From Macrostomum lignano (lineage: Eukaryota), in NCBI GenBank assembly GCA_002269645.1, contig NIVC01001984.1, positions 124,001 through 188,000 of the forward strand: DNA of 64,000 bases. Direction: 5' to 3'. Positions within the stretch are counted from its first letter, which is position 1; every line of letters starts with the position of its first letter. Shown here piece by piece: positions 1 to 12,350 of the stretch. The translations under genes were made by a program, and so were the position numbers. Under the pieces are notes generated by a model that was given only the letters and a program-made list of their open reading frames with translations, was not told where the DNA came from and did no database searches.

Positions 1-1
1 C

Positions 2-2523
2 CGCCTTCGCTGCCCGCTGGCTGCACTCTGGAATCTGACGGACAGCTCCGGCGAGGAAGACGATCATCGCTGCTCGCCTGCCGAACTCCTGGCTGTCTGC
101 AACGTGCCTGACGGAGTTCGCTGCCTGTTCGAATGCCTCGCTTCACCCGACGTCGATGTTGTGGAGTCGAGCGGCGGCGTGCTGCGCAACCTGACGCCGG
201 CGCTGTTGCGTCAGTGGGACCAGCTTGCTCCATCAGTTCTGCCGGCGCTTCCGCTGCTGGTGAAGATGCTGGACATCGGCTCGGCGAACTCGGCGAGCTC
301 TACGACCCTCACCATGGCTGCCAATGCGTGCCGGCTCATAGCCTGCATCAGCGGCGCTGGTCGGCCTCGCGAACGACGTTTGCTGCTGTCTCTGGGCGCC
401 GAGCCCGGCCTCCGGTGGCTTCAGCGCCTGTGCCGGCACCGCAGCGTACGGGGGGACTGCCGGACCGCTCTGAGCAACCTGCTGGCCTCGTCAGGAGCGA
501 AGGCAGCTGCAGCCTCCGTCACATCGGCGCCTCTGTCGCCGTCGACTCCGTCAATGTTGCTGCGCCCATCGTCGTCGATTGCATCGGACCGCGAATTGTC
601 GCCTCTGGTTGAGGAGGACTCGGACCCGCTTGTCGGCGAGGACGCCAAAGAGGCTGGCGACCATCTGCAGCAGCCTCCACCGCAACCAATGTCGCTGCTT
701 CCTTCTCTGTTGAGTCGTCCGTCGGTGACTCGATCAGTGGCTGCAGCGTCTCGTCCTCTTGGAATCGTTGCCCCGATGCCAAAGGCTAAGCAGCAGCCGC
801 CGCAGGCGCAACAGCAACAACACCAGAAGCATGAGCAGCACCAGCACCAGCCGCAGCAGCACCAGCCGCAGCAGCACCAGCCGCAGAAGCACCAGTCGCA
901 GCAGCACCAGACGCAACAGCACCAGCCGCAGCAGCACCAGACGCAGAAGCACCAGTCGCAGCAGCACCAGACGCAACAGCACCAGACGCAGCAGCACCAG
1001 ACGCAGCAGCACCAGATGCAGCAGCAGCGGAAGAAGCAGCCGCAGCAGCAGCAGCAGCAACAGCAGCAGCACTTCCGACTGTCCTCCTCTCTGTCAAAGG
1101 ACTCCGGATACGCTGATGAAGTGTCTTCAACTATCAGCGCGAGTTTGTCACCTCAGTCGCCGCCGTCTCAATCGCTACAGCCGTCGCCAGCTTCAAGACA
1201 TCTGCCGATTCCAGCGTCGAATTCCAGTCGACTTCAACGGACGAAACTGGGACAGCCGACTTCCGGCCTTGCGGTGCCGCACAGTGCGACTGCCGCACCC
1301 ACTGGCATCCCGGGTGAGTCCTTGGTGTGCAGTTCGTCTGGCTTACTGGACCGCATTTACCATCCTCACATTTCCCATCCTCACATTGCCCATTGTCCAC
1401 ATTTCCCATTGCCCACATTTCCCATCCCCACATTTCGCATCCCCACATTTCCCAATCCCCACATTTCCCATCCCCACATTTCCCATCCCCACATTTCCAT
1501 CCCCACATTTCCATCCCCACATTTCCATCCCCACATTTCCATCCCCACATTTCCATCCCCACATTTCCATCCCATTTCCCAATCCCCACATTTCCCATTG
1601 CCCACATTTCCCATTGCCCACTTTTCCCATTGCCCACATTTCCATCCCCACATTTCCATCCCCACATTTCCATCCCCACATTTTCATGCCCACATTTCCA
1701 TCCTCACATTTCCCATCCCCTCATTTCCATCCCCACATGTCCCATCCCCTCATTTCCATCCCCACATGTCCCATCCTCACATTTCCCATCCCCTCATTTC
1801 CATCCCCACATGTCCCATCCCCTCATTTCCATCCCCACATGTCCCATCCTCACATTTCCATCCCCACATTTCCATCCCCACATTTCCATCCCCACATTTC
1901 CATCCCCACATTTCCATCCCCACATTTCCATCCCCACATTTCCATCCCCACATTTCCATCCCATTTCCCAATCCCCACATTTCCCATTGCCCACATTTCC
2001 CATTGCCCACTTTTCCCATTGCCCACATTTCCATCCCCACATTTCCATCCCCACATTTCCATTGTCCACATTTCCCAATCCCCACATTTCCCATTGTCCA
2101 CAGATCCCACATTTCCCATTGTCCACAGATCCCACATTTCCCATTGTCCACAGATCCCACATTTCCCAGACCCCACATTTCCCAAACCCCACATTTCCCA
2201 TACCCTACATTTCCCATACCCTACATTTCCTATCTATTCCTCATGCCTCATCATCCGTTTGCGAGTTTCTAATAAAATTTCACTCCATTTTTAAATTGTC
2301 AGTGAAATCCTCCTCTAGCGGCACTCCATCCGGTAGCCAGAAAAGTCCATCTCGATCTGCTTCCGGCATCCCTAGATCTAGCAGCGTCCGCGCCGCAGCA
2401 ACTGCGCAATCGAATATTCGACCGCCATCTTCGTTGGGAATTTATAAAAACGGAATCGCGCTGCGTCAGTCTACTATGAGTAGGCGTCAGGAGCAGAAGA
2501 GATGCTCAGCGCCGCCAAACTGA
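2..2523 (+). CDS. APC: APC-like (adenomatous polyposis coli family) armadillo-repeat protein, 3' part; exons <2-1313 and 2303-2523, 5' end outside window
   Basis: Reading frame from nt 2 gives LAALWNLT..VCNVPDGVRCLFECL..VVESSGGVLRNLT..TMAANACRLIACIS..LLSLGAEPGLRWL..TALSNLLA. This parallels the APC ARM repeats as recalled (LSALWNLSAH..ICAVDGALAFL..IIESGGGILRNVS..IVSNACGTLWNLS..WDMGAVSMLKNL..AALRNLMA). Donor G|GTGAGT at 1314 and acceptor TCAG| at 2302 join in phase 1 (G+TG=Val). TGA at 2521-2523; AATAAA near 2588. Confidence 0.72.
825..1070 (+). repeat. Coding 15-bp (QQHQT/P) and CAG polyglutamine repeat inside the APC-like exon
   Basis: Tandem cagcagcaccagacg/ccg units followed by a CAG/CAA run, in frame with the ARM exon. 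Confidence 0.9.
1356..2230. repeat. Intronic minisatellite, ~14-15 bp unit (CCCCACATTTCCAT / CCCCACATTTCCCAT)
   Basis: Direct tandem units within the 1314-2302 intron; explains the PHFHPHIS-type ORFs. Confidence 0.95.
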
Positions 2524-2726
2524 CCTGATTTTGTGATTTCTTAGAAAAATGAATTTGAATTATGGAAGAACTACTTGTTATTGATTTAATAAATAGTCAA
2601 AATTTCTTTACTTATTGAAATTATATTAATAAATATTAAATATCAAAAGATAATATAGAATAGCTTGAGTGGCCGATATGTTGTGTAAATAACTTTCTAA
2701 GGCTACTTTTTCAACACGATACCAGT

Positions 2727-5700
2727 TCAGCGATAATACCACGGCACTACAAAGGCTAGGCTTGCAGAGACTGCCACTGCAATTATCACAGTTTGAGAAG
2801 CAACCAAGAGTGCATTGCTGCTTTTAGTAGTGCCCAGAATAATTGTAGTGTTATCACCCGTGCCGTAGTAATATTGAATACGCAACATATCGGATTTGGT
2901 CAGCAGCACCGGATAGGGAATGATTGCCGATGACTTTGTTGTGATTGTGGCCGACCGGCTGTTGCAGGAGAAGGCCATGGAGTCGTAGTGCATGATGGAG
3001 CCGGTGTCGTAGGCTGGGTAGCCCCGAGCCGGGGGTGACCAGAATATGCCGAAGTTGCTGCACTTCTGCAAAATTGGCGAGTGCTGTCTTACACTTTCAG
3101 CGAAATTCTCCCAGTTGCAAATTTCAGTTCAAGTGAATCCCAACTTAGGAACCCGGAGGCGGATTCGAACCCGGGACTTCAGCTTGACCGCTGGTCTATT
3201 AATTGTGATGCGAATAATCAGATACTATAGATTTATGATGGCCCCCTGCTGTGTCAGAATTCTCATAAATGTGTCAGTAGTGTCAAAATTGTGTCAGGAG
3301 TGTCAATATTTGTGTCAGGTGTCAAAATTGTGTCAGGAGTGATAGTTGTGTCGTCAGTGTCAATAATTGTCAGGAGTGTCAATATTTGTGTCAGGTGTCA
3401 AAATTGTGTCAGGAGTGTCATTAATTGTCAGGAGTGTCAATAATTGTGTCAGTAGTGTCAATAATTGTGTCAATTATGTCAATAATTGTGTCAGTTATGT
3501 CAATAATTGTGTCAGTTATGTCAATAATTGTGTCAGTTATGTCAATAATTGTGTCAGTTATGTCAATAATTGTGTCAGTTATGTCAATAATTGTGTCAGT
3601 CATGTCAATAATTGTGTCAGTTATGTCAATAATTGTGTCAGTAGTGTCAATAATTGTGTCAGTTATGTCAATAATTGTGTCAGTCATGTCAATAATTGTG
3701 TCAGTTATGTCAATAATTGTGTCAGTTATGTCAATAACTGTGTCAGTTATGTCAATAATTGTGTCAGTTATGTCAATAATTGTGTCAGTTATGTCAATAA
3801 TTGTGTCAGTCATGTCAATAATTGTGTCAGTTATGTCAATAATTGTGTCAGTAGTGTCAATAATTGTGTCAGTTATGTCAATAATTGTGTCAGTAGTGTC
3901 AATAATTGTGTCAGTTATGTCAATAATTGTGTCAGTAGTGTCAATAATTGTGTCAGTTATGTCAATAACTGTGTCAGTTATGTCAATAATTGTGTCAGTT
4001 ATCTCAATAAATGCTTTAGGAGCGTCAATAATTGTGTCGGTAGTGTCAATATTTGTGTCAGGTGTCAAAATTGTGTCAGGAGTGATAGTTGTGTCGTCAG
4101 TGTCAATAATTGTCAGGAGTGTCAATATTTGTGTCAGGTGTCAAAATTGTGTCAGGAGTGTCATTAATTGTCAGGAGTGTCAATAATTGTGTCAGTAGTG
4201 TCAATAATTGTGTCAATTATGTCAATAATTGTGTCAGTTATGTCAATAATTGTGTCAGTTATGTCAATAATTGTGTCAGTTATGTCAATAACTGTGTCAG
4301 TTATGTCAATAATTGTGTCAGTTATGTCAATAATTGTGTCAGTTATGTCAATAATTGTGTCAGTCATGTCAATAATTGTGTCAGTTATGTCAATAATTGT
4401 GTCAGTAGTGTCAATAATTGTGTCAGTTATGTCAATAATTGTGTCAGTAGTGTCAATAATTGTGTCAGTTATGTCAATAATTGTGTCAGTAGTGTCAATA
4501 ATTGTGTCAGTTATGTCAATAACTGTGTCAGTTATGTCAATAATTGTGTCAGTTATCTCAATAAATGCTTTAGGAGCGTCAATAATTGTGTCGGTAGTGT
4601 CAATAATTGTGTCAGGTGTGTCACCCGGCAGGGAGCAGAGCACACGCAGGTGAATCTCACCCCAGAGTCGATGTTACTCCACCAGATAACGACACTGTGA
4701 TCCCTGTCAGCTCGGCTCTGCTCATGCCAGAAGCCCAGCGCGTGCATGAACTCATGCTGGATGATGTACTTCTGCAGGCAGACGCCTCTCTGAAGACTCA
4801 ACCATTGAGGCCCGGTCTGTCTGCCAACAAAGGAACTGCAGCCGGAGCCGCTGTACACTTCAATATAGTCGGCAGCCTCTCCCGGCGACACCCGCTTGAA
4901 CTGGACGGCACTTCCCACGTACAGTTGAAGCTCTTGCAGGCTCGATTCGATGTAATCGGCCTCGGATGCTGTGTAATCTACTGACAGACTGTAGTAGACT
5001 GTACCATTCGGCCAGTAGATTGATGCGGCAGAGGCTGCTGCTGCTTGGCCATTCAACATCTGCGATTGGTGAGTCTGGGAGATCATGATGTCGCCTTCAA
5101 TTATTTTTATGTTGTCTTCGGCTTGGCGGCTCGTGGCCATAGTCGGATCTGTTGCGGTCGTTGCTATGGCGCTGGCTTGGGCCTGCATCTGCAGTTTAAA
5201 TGACCTTAGTTTACTAAATACTAAGGTCAGCAGTTTTGAAGAAGTTTTCAAAAATTAGTGAAATGATCTAACAGTATATTTTTTAACGGATGTGTCAGTA
5301 GTGTCAATAAATGTGTCAGTAGTGTCAATAATTGTGCCAGTAGTATCAATATGTGTGTCAGCAGTGTCAATAAATGTGTCAGTAGTGTCAAAAAATGTGT
5401 CAGTAGCGTCAATAAATGTGTCAGTTGTATTAATAAATGTGTCAGTTGTATTAATAAATGTGTCAGTTGCGTTAATAAATGTGTCAGTTGTATTAATAAA
5501 TGTGTCAGTTGCGTTAATAAATCTGTGAGTTGTATTAATAAATGTGTCAGTAGCGTTAATGAATGTGTCAGTTGTATTAATAAATGTGTCAGTTGTATTA
5601 ATAAATGTGTTAGTTGTATTAATAAATGTGTCAGTTGTATTAATAAATGTGTCAGTTATATTAATAAATGTGTCAGTTGTATTAATAAATGTGTCAGTAG

Positions 5701-6123
5701 CGTTAATGAATGTGTCAGTTGTATTAATAAATGTGTCAGTTGTATTAATAAATGTGTCAGTTGTATTAATAAATGTGTCAGTTAAATTAATAAATGTGTC
5801 AGTTGTATTAATAAATGAGTCAGTTGTATTAATAAATGTGTCAGTAGCGTTAATGAATGTGTCAGTTGTATTAATAAATGTGTCAGTTGTATTAATAAAT
5901 GTGTCAGTAGTATAAATAAATGTGTCAGTAGTATAAATAAATGTGTCAGTAGCGTTAATAAATGTGTCAGGACTGTCGATGAAAGTGTTAGAAGCGTGTC
6001 AAACAGTATCTGATTATAAAACTTTGTCAGATGAGACTGAATACCCTGCCAGCAATGTCAGAGACTTACTGTGTCAGACGCAGCAGAGGTGCAACCGCAA
6101 GTAGCGGTGCAAACATTCTTATT
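2727..6123 (-). CDS. Astacin-family (M12A) zinc metalloprotease with hydrophobic C-terminus; exons 5188-4661 and 3065-2727, plus a tentative upstream exon 6123-6070; true start not found
   Basis: EGDI activation motif, WPNGTVYY, CSSFVG, zinc motif HEFMHALGFWHEQSRADRD, Met-turn SIMHY. Donor at 4660 and acceptor at 3066 join in phase 0 (NIDSG|KCSNF). The 54-nt exon 6123-6070 has AG and GTAAGT boundaries in phase 0 but is low confidence. Confidence 0.9.
3120..3215 (-). mobile_element. Possible tRNA-derived SINE head fragment in the astacin intron
   Basis: Minus strand reads AAGTCCCGGGTTCGAATCCGCC, a Pol III B-box/T-arm-like motif; no complete cloverleaf seen. Confidence 0.35.
3250..4620. repeat. 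21-bp minisatellite (TGTGTCAGTTATGTCAATAAT) with an internal block duplication
   Basis: Tandem units; the distinctive variant block AATGCTTTAGGAGCGTCAAT occurs at ~4010 and again at ~4564. Confidence 0.95.
5285..5975. repeat. 21-bp minisatellite (AATGTGTCAGTTGTATTAATA), related to the 3250-4620 array
   Basis: Tandem units sharing the TGTGTCAGT core. Confidence 0.93.
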
Positions 6124-6469
6124 CTGCCCAAAAATCAATGATAAACTAATTAGCAGGCTAATTATCGATTTAAATTGTTTCATTTCTCAAATTTTATGTA
6201 CTATTTCGATTCTAAACTACAATATGAACACACACACACACATCCATATACGAGTACTAAGTTCAACTCTTTAGTCGAAAATATTTCAGGGCGTGTGAAA
6301 AACTTTCTGAACTTTCTCACGGCTTTTGACGTTAATTCTCGTAAATGAAAATTAGTTCTTTTTTCATTCAAAATGCTTTGTTTGCTCAAAGTTGCAGCGT
6401 GTCAGTAAAATGCAATTCACACTTTTGGGGTGTGGCGTTATCGATAAAGTTTGGAAGCTGTGGGCTAGG

Positions 6470-6975
6470 TGTCAGGATGGCGCAAAATCGAGTTGTCAGG
6501 ATGGCGCCAAATCGAGTTGTCAGGATGGCGCCAAATCGAGTGTCAGGATGGTGCCAAATTGAGTTGTCAGGATGGCGCCAAATTGAGTCTCAGGATGGCG
6601 CCAAATCGAGTTGTCAGGATGGCGCCAAGTCAAGTTGTCAGGATGGCGCCAAATCAGGTGTAATATAGGCGCCAAATCAGGTGTAATATAGGCGCCAAAT
6701 CAAGGTGTAATATAGGCGCCGAATCAGGTGTAATAGGCGCCAAATCAAGTGTAATATAGGCGCCAAATTTGGTGTAATATGGGCGCCAAATCAGGTGTAA
6801 TATAGGCGCCAAATTTGGTGTAATACTGGCGCCAAATTTGGTGTAATACAGGCGCCAAATCAGGTGTAATGTAAGCGCCAAATCAGGTGTAAAACAGGCG
6901 CCAAATCAGGTGTAATGTAAGCGCCAAATCAGGTGTAATATAGGCGCCAAATCAGTTGTAATATAGGTGTCAAAT
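6470..6975. repeat. Two abutting GGCGCCAAATC-core minisatellites (~24 bp, then ~23 bp)
   Basis: GTCAGGATGGCGCCAAATCGAGTT units switch at ~6650 to GGCGCCAAATCAGGTGTAATATA units. Confidence 0.9.
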
Positions 6976-7693
6976 CAGGTAAAATGTCACCTACAAAAGG
7001 CTCCGCGAGCCCATGGACACCCTCCAGAGTCTGACCAACTTGCCTACGAAATCAGAGAATTCAAAGAAATATTCTTTTAAGCTACTTATTATTAACCACA
7101 GATTCAGTAGTATAACAATTTTCTAAATTTACTCATGTACGCCTAAATACGATGTTTTTTACATCTATTCAAAGCTCTCAGGCTGACAACAAGCAGAGCG
7201 GAAACTTCTCCAGCTCATGAGCAACTGCCAACTTGAATCTAGCGTGTATTATTAGCTAGTTTCACAATAACAATATAGTTATGAAAACTTCAGCATCATC
7301 ATTTTCCGATTAATAGAGCATAGCCGGAAGGTCAGCAGGGACTTCTAAAATTAGCAGTCATCTGGACTGGAAGCAATTAATTAATTAAGACTGCCGTTTA
7401 TGTTAATCCAGATCAGAGCCCTCCCCAGAAGTCCTTGGCCGGGATTTTTAGCTGCCATTGTTGTACTATAGTCATGAGGCTCAAGGGCTCTTTCTTAGAG
7501 TGAATGAATAACAACAGATCCTACACGTGTATGCTAAAATTGACTTTGTTATAAAATGGCTTCAAAATATTGATTTTTTTAGTTTGAACCAGCGTCACTC
7601 TTTCCGATTGACCTTTTTTATTCTCGGCCTCTCCAACACAGCTGTCAACAGACAGGGATTTGTGAATGTAAATATTTGTTACACGAACTTCTA

Positions 7694-8072
7694 AGATCAG
7701 CATAGACACAGAGTGACTAGATCAGCATAGACACAGAGTGACTAGATCAGCATAAAAAGACAGAGTGACTAGATCAGCATAGACACAGAGTGACTAGATC
7801 AGCATAAAAAGACAGAGTGACTAAATCAGTATAAAAAGACAGAGTGACTAGATCAGCATAGACACAGAGTGACTAGATCAGCACAGACACAGAGTGACTA
7901 GATCAGTATAAAAAGACAGAGTGACTAGATCAGCATAGACACAGAGTGACTAGATCAGCACAGACACAGAGTGACTAGATCAGCATAGACACAGAGTGAC
8001 TAGATCAGCATAGACACAGAGTGACTAGATCAGCATAGACACAGAGTGACTAGATCAGCACAGACACAGACA
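7694..8072. repeat. 25-bp minisatellite (AGATCAGCATAGACACAGAGTGACT)
   Basis: Tandem units starting just downstream of the calmodulin-like stop codon. Confidence 0.93.
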
Positions 8073-8093
8073 GATGCAAATTAAAGAGTCCCG

Positions 8094-10038
8094 TCACTCG
8101 CATTGGGTACAGTCGAACACCTTCATACTGGCAGCCAGGATGCTGAACTCTTCAAAGCTGATGACGCCATCGCGGTTGCTGTCGGCAGCCAGCATCATCT
8201 CCTCTAGCTCAGCCTCCGACATGCCCTCCTGCAGGATGTCATTCATGACAAAGCGCAACTCTGTGCGGGAGATCACGCCGTCCTGGTTCTGGTCGAGCAG
8301 CTCAAAGATTCGCTGCCTCTCGGAGTGCGGCTGGTGACCGCCTTTGGCTGCGAAGGCGGACATCATGGCGGAGAACTCCTGCGATGTGGAGTCGGGTGGA
8401 TGTGCAGACTGAGGATGCGGAATGCTGCGTGCTGTGCTTCTTTCTTGTCGAGAAGTTAAGACTACCTCACAAAAATCCTATATTGTCCAAGAAGCAGCCT
8501 CATGTCTAAGGGACATTCTTGAACGCAAACAACCTCTAAGGTCTAAGACAACTCATAACTTCATCATAACGACAGTCGATCGTCAATTCAGCAACCCCAC
8601 ATTAAAGATGAAAAGCCGTTGTCGCAAACTCAAAACCACCACTAAAACTGTTTTTCATCGACACAAACAATTTTGCACAGACAAAAAATTGTCTAAAGAC
8701 TCAAAACGTTTTCAAAGACACAAACCATTGTCTAAAGACGTCTGTAGTCTGTACAGACCATTCTCTAAAGACACAGGCCACTGTCTAATGACACAAACCA
8801 TTGTACAAAGACACAAACCATTGTCTAAAGAAACAGACACAACATCACGGTCAAGAAACGACAACCTAGACGAACTCAACAAGAACACAACACCACATTC
8901 AAAAAGACAACCCAGACAAAGTCAGCAAGAACACAACACAACATTCAAGAAACCACAACCCAGACAAAGTCAGCAAGAACACAACACCACATTTAAGAAA
9001 CCACAACCCAGACAAAGTCAGCAAGAACACAACACCACATTCAAGAAACCACAACCCAGACAAAGTCAACAAGAACACAACCCAGACAAAGTCAACAAGA
9101 ACACAACACAACATTTAAGAAACCACAACAAAAACAAAGTCAACGAGAACACAACACCACATTCAAAACCACAACCCAGACAAAGTCAACAAGAACACAA
9201 CACCACATTCAAAACCACAACCCAGACAAAGTCAGCAAGAACACAACACAACATTCAAAAAGACAACCCAGACAAAGTCAACAAGAACACAACACCACAT
9301 TTAAGAAACCACAACAAGAACAAAGTCAACAAGAACACAACACAACATTCAAGAAACCACAACAAGAACAAAGTCAACAAGAACACAACACCACATTCAA
9401 GAAACTACAACCCAGACTTGAAGTCAACAAGAACACAACACCACATTTAAGAAACCACAACCCAGACAAAGTCAGCAAGAACACAACACCACATTCAAGA
9501 AACCACAACCCAGACAAAGTCAACAAGAACACAGCACCACATTCAAGAAACCACAACCCAGACAAAGTCAACAAGAACACAACACCACATTCAAGAAACC
9601 ACAACAAGAACAAAGTCAACAAGAACACAACACCACATTCAAGAAACCACAACAAGAACAAAGTCAACAAGAACACAACACACCACATTCAAGAAACCAC
9701 AACCCAGACAAAGTCAACAAGAGCACAACACCACATTCAAGAAACCACAACCCAGACAAAGTCAACAAGAACACAACAAAACATTCAACAAACCACAACA
9801 AGAACAAAGTCAACAAGAACACCCAGACAAGCAACTCAAATCGCACCTGGAAATCCAAGGTACCATTGGAATTCTTGTCGAACTCGTGAATCAGCGCTTC
9901 AGCCTCCGGCCGAATGACTGTTTGTCCCGCCGCTCGCATCAGTCCGACGAGCTCCTTCACGTCGATGGCGCCGCTGCCGTTGGTGTCGAAGCGAGCGAAG
10001 ACTTCGCGAAGCAGATCGAGGTTCTCGCAGTCGCACAT
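8094..10038 (-). CDS. Calmodulin-like protein with four EF-hands (~158 aa); exons 10038-9847 and 8378-8094
   Basis: EF loops DTNGSGAIDVKE, DKNSNGTLDFQE, DQNQDGVISRTE, DSNRDGVISFEE. The phase-0 join CAG|GTGCGA ... CGCAG|GAG restores GTLDFQ-EFSAMM (calmodulin: GTIDFPEFLTMM). Confidence 0.9.
8860..9835. repeat. 48-bp intronic minisatellite (AAGAAACCACAACCCAGACAAAGTCAACAAGAACACAACACCACATTC)
   Basis: Period of 48 nt; lies inside the calmodulin-like intron. Confidence 0.93.
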
Positions 10039-10244
10039 GGCGAGCCTTTGACCAAGTCGGACTTCTAGTCTGAGCTGGATGGATGCTCAGAGATCCGGGG
10101 GGATCTTAAGTAGGGCTTGCAGACGCTCTGAGATTGGCTTACCATTGTGATGGGATTCTGCTTTTGTAGTGAGCCGTGGAGTAGAGGAGAGGCAGAAGAG
10201 GCTGAGAGGCAACGCCCTTCTAGTTTCTAATAATTCCCCAGTAG

Positions 10245-11810
10245 GATACTTGATGTGTGGGACATTTGATCTGGGGGATACTTGATGTGTGTGGGACATT
10301 TGATCTGGGGGATACTTGATGTGTGTGAGACATTTGATCTGGGGGATACTTGATGTGTGTGAGACATTTGATCTGGGGGATACTTGATGTGTGTGAGACA
10401 TTTGATATGGGGATACTTGATGTGTGTGGGACATTTGATATGGGGGATACTTGATGTGTGTGAGACATTTGATATGGGGATACTTGATGTGTGTGGGACA
10501 TTTGATATGGGGGATACTTGATGTGTGTGAGACATTTGATATGGGGATACTTGATGTGTGTGGGACATTTGATATGGGGATACTTGATGTGTGTGGGACA
10601 TTTGATATGGGGGATACTTGATGTGTGTGAGACATTTGATATGGGGATACTTGATGTGTGTGGGACATTTGATATGGGGGATACTTGATGTGTGTGGGAC
10701 ATTTGATATGGGGGATACTTGATGTGTGTGAGACATTTGATCTGGGGGATACTTGATGTGTGTGGGACATTTTATATGGGGTGATACTTGATGTGTGTGG
10801 GACATTTGATATGGGGTGATACTTGATGTGTGTGGGACATTTGATCTGGGGGATCTTTGATGTGTGTGGGACATTTGATCTGGGGGATCTTTGATGTGTG
10901 TGGGACATTTGATATGGGGGATCTTTGATGTGTGTGGGACATTTGATATGGGGATACTTTATGTGTGTGGGAAATTTGATATGGGGGATCTTTGATGTGT
11001 GTGGGACATTTGATCTGGGGGATACTTGATGTGTGTGGGACATTTGATATAGGGGATTTTTGATGTGTGTGGGACATTTGATATGGGGGATCTTTGATGT
11101 GTGTGGGACATTTGATCTGGGGGATACTTGATGTGTGTGGGACATTTGATATGGGGGATCTTTGATATGTGTGGGACATTTGATCTGGGGGATACTTGAT
11201 GTGTGTGGGACATTTGATATAGGGGATATTTGGTGTGTGTGGGACATTTGATATAGGGGATCTTTGATGTGTGTGGGACATTTGATATGGGGATACTTGA
11301 TGTGTGTGGGACATTTGATATGGGGATACTTGATGTGTGTGGGACATTTGATATGGGGATACTTGATGTGTGTGGGACATTTGATATGGGGATACTTGAT
11401 GTGTGTGGGACATTTGATATGGGGGATATTTGACGTTTGTGGGACATTTAATATGGGGGATACTTGATGTGTGTGGGACATTTGATATGGGGATATTTGA
11501 TGTGTGTGGGACATTTGATATGGGGGATAGATGTGTGTGGGACATTTGATATGTTGATAGATGTGTGTGGGACATTTGATATGGGGATATTTGATGTGTG
11601 TGGGACATTTGATATGGGGATTGTTGATATGTGTGGGACATTTAATATGGGGGATATTTGATGTGTGTGGGACATTTGATATGGGGATACTTGATTTGTG
11701 TGGGACATTTGATATGGGGGATACTTGATGTGTGTGGGACATTTGATATGGGGGATAGATGTGTGTGGGACATTTGATATGGGGGATAGATGTGTGTGGG
11801 ACATTTGATC
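10245..11810. repeat. ~35-36 bp minisatellite (GATACTTGATGTGTGTGGGACATTTGATATGGGG)
   Basis: About 1.5 kb of tandem units with variable G-run length. Confidence 0.95.
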
Positions 11811-12094
11811 GGGCGGATATTCGATCTAAAATATTTATGGATGTACAACTTCTTTTCCGTCGAAATTCATGAAGCATATTTCAGCCATTGCTTCTCTAAG
11901 ACGAAAGTTTTCTGTAACTTTAGGCTACACGACTATTTTGACTAAATTCCATGATAATCGTTAACTTTGCTTAGTTATAGGGTGAACTATAATTTCCAAC
12001 TATTTGAGCCTGACATAGATATAATTTACGGTCATGTACGCCCTATATTTTTATAATTTTAGGTACCCAACTTCTTTCCTAATCTTCGAGTTCA

Positions 12095-12350
12095 TAAAAC
12101 CAAAGACTTGAGCTGTGCCATGCATTTTTATGATTTTAAGGTACAGAGGAAATGTACGTAGAATAAAAAATTAACATATAATCCTAATTTTTTGAAGGAA
12201 AAGCTTTATGAATATCAAAGGAGCTATAAGAAAGGCACAACATATCAAAATAGGAACATTGGGTCTGCCTCCCATCGAAAGCAATAACATTTTTGTGTTG
12301 AAAAATGAAAACTTCCAATCTCCGTAGCTAGTGTATTTTTGGAAAATCCT
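12095..12350 (+). mobile_element. Dispersed AT-rich repeat (possible non-autonomous DNA element); further copies at ~21715-21906 (inverted) and ~22040-22243
   Basis: Shared blocks AAATGTACGTAGAATAAAAAATT, AAAGCTTTATGAATATCAA, AAGAAAGGCACAACATATCAAAA and AAGCAATAACATTTTTGT at three loci. Confidence 0.7.

Noticed and set aside
1314-2302. 722-aa and 511-aa ORFs running through His/Pro/Phe-rich repeats
   Set aside because: The repeat lies in a GT-AG intron whose removal joins the APC-like exons in frame; the ORFs stay open only because the unit lacks stops.
3120-3215. Possible true tRNA gene
   Set aside because: Only a B-box/T-arm-like motif is visible; acceptor and anticodon stems could not be formed.
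3367-4700. Long VNNCVSY / TDTIIDI / SIIVSV ORFs resembling antifreeze or beta-solenoid proteins
   Set aside because: 21-bp intronic minisatellite open in several frames on both strands; it sits inside the astacin intron.
10087-11877. 596-aa HIKCPTHIKYP ORF resembling a metal-binding repeat protein
   Set aside because: Translation of a 35/36-bp satellite that switches frame with unit length; no unique coding flanks.
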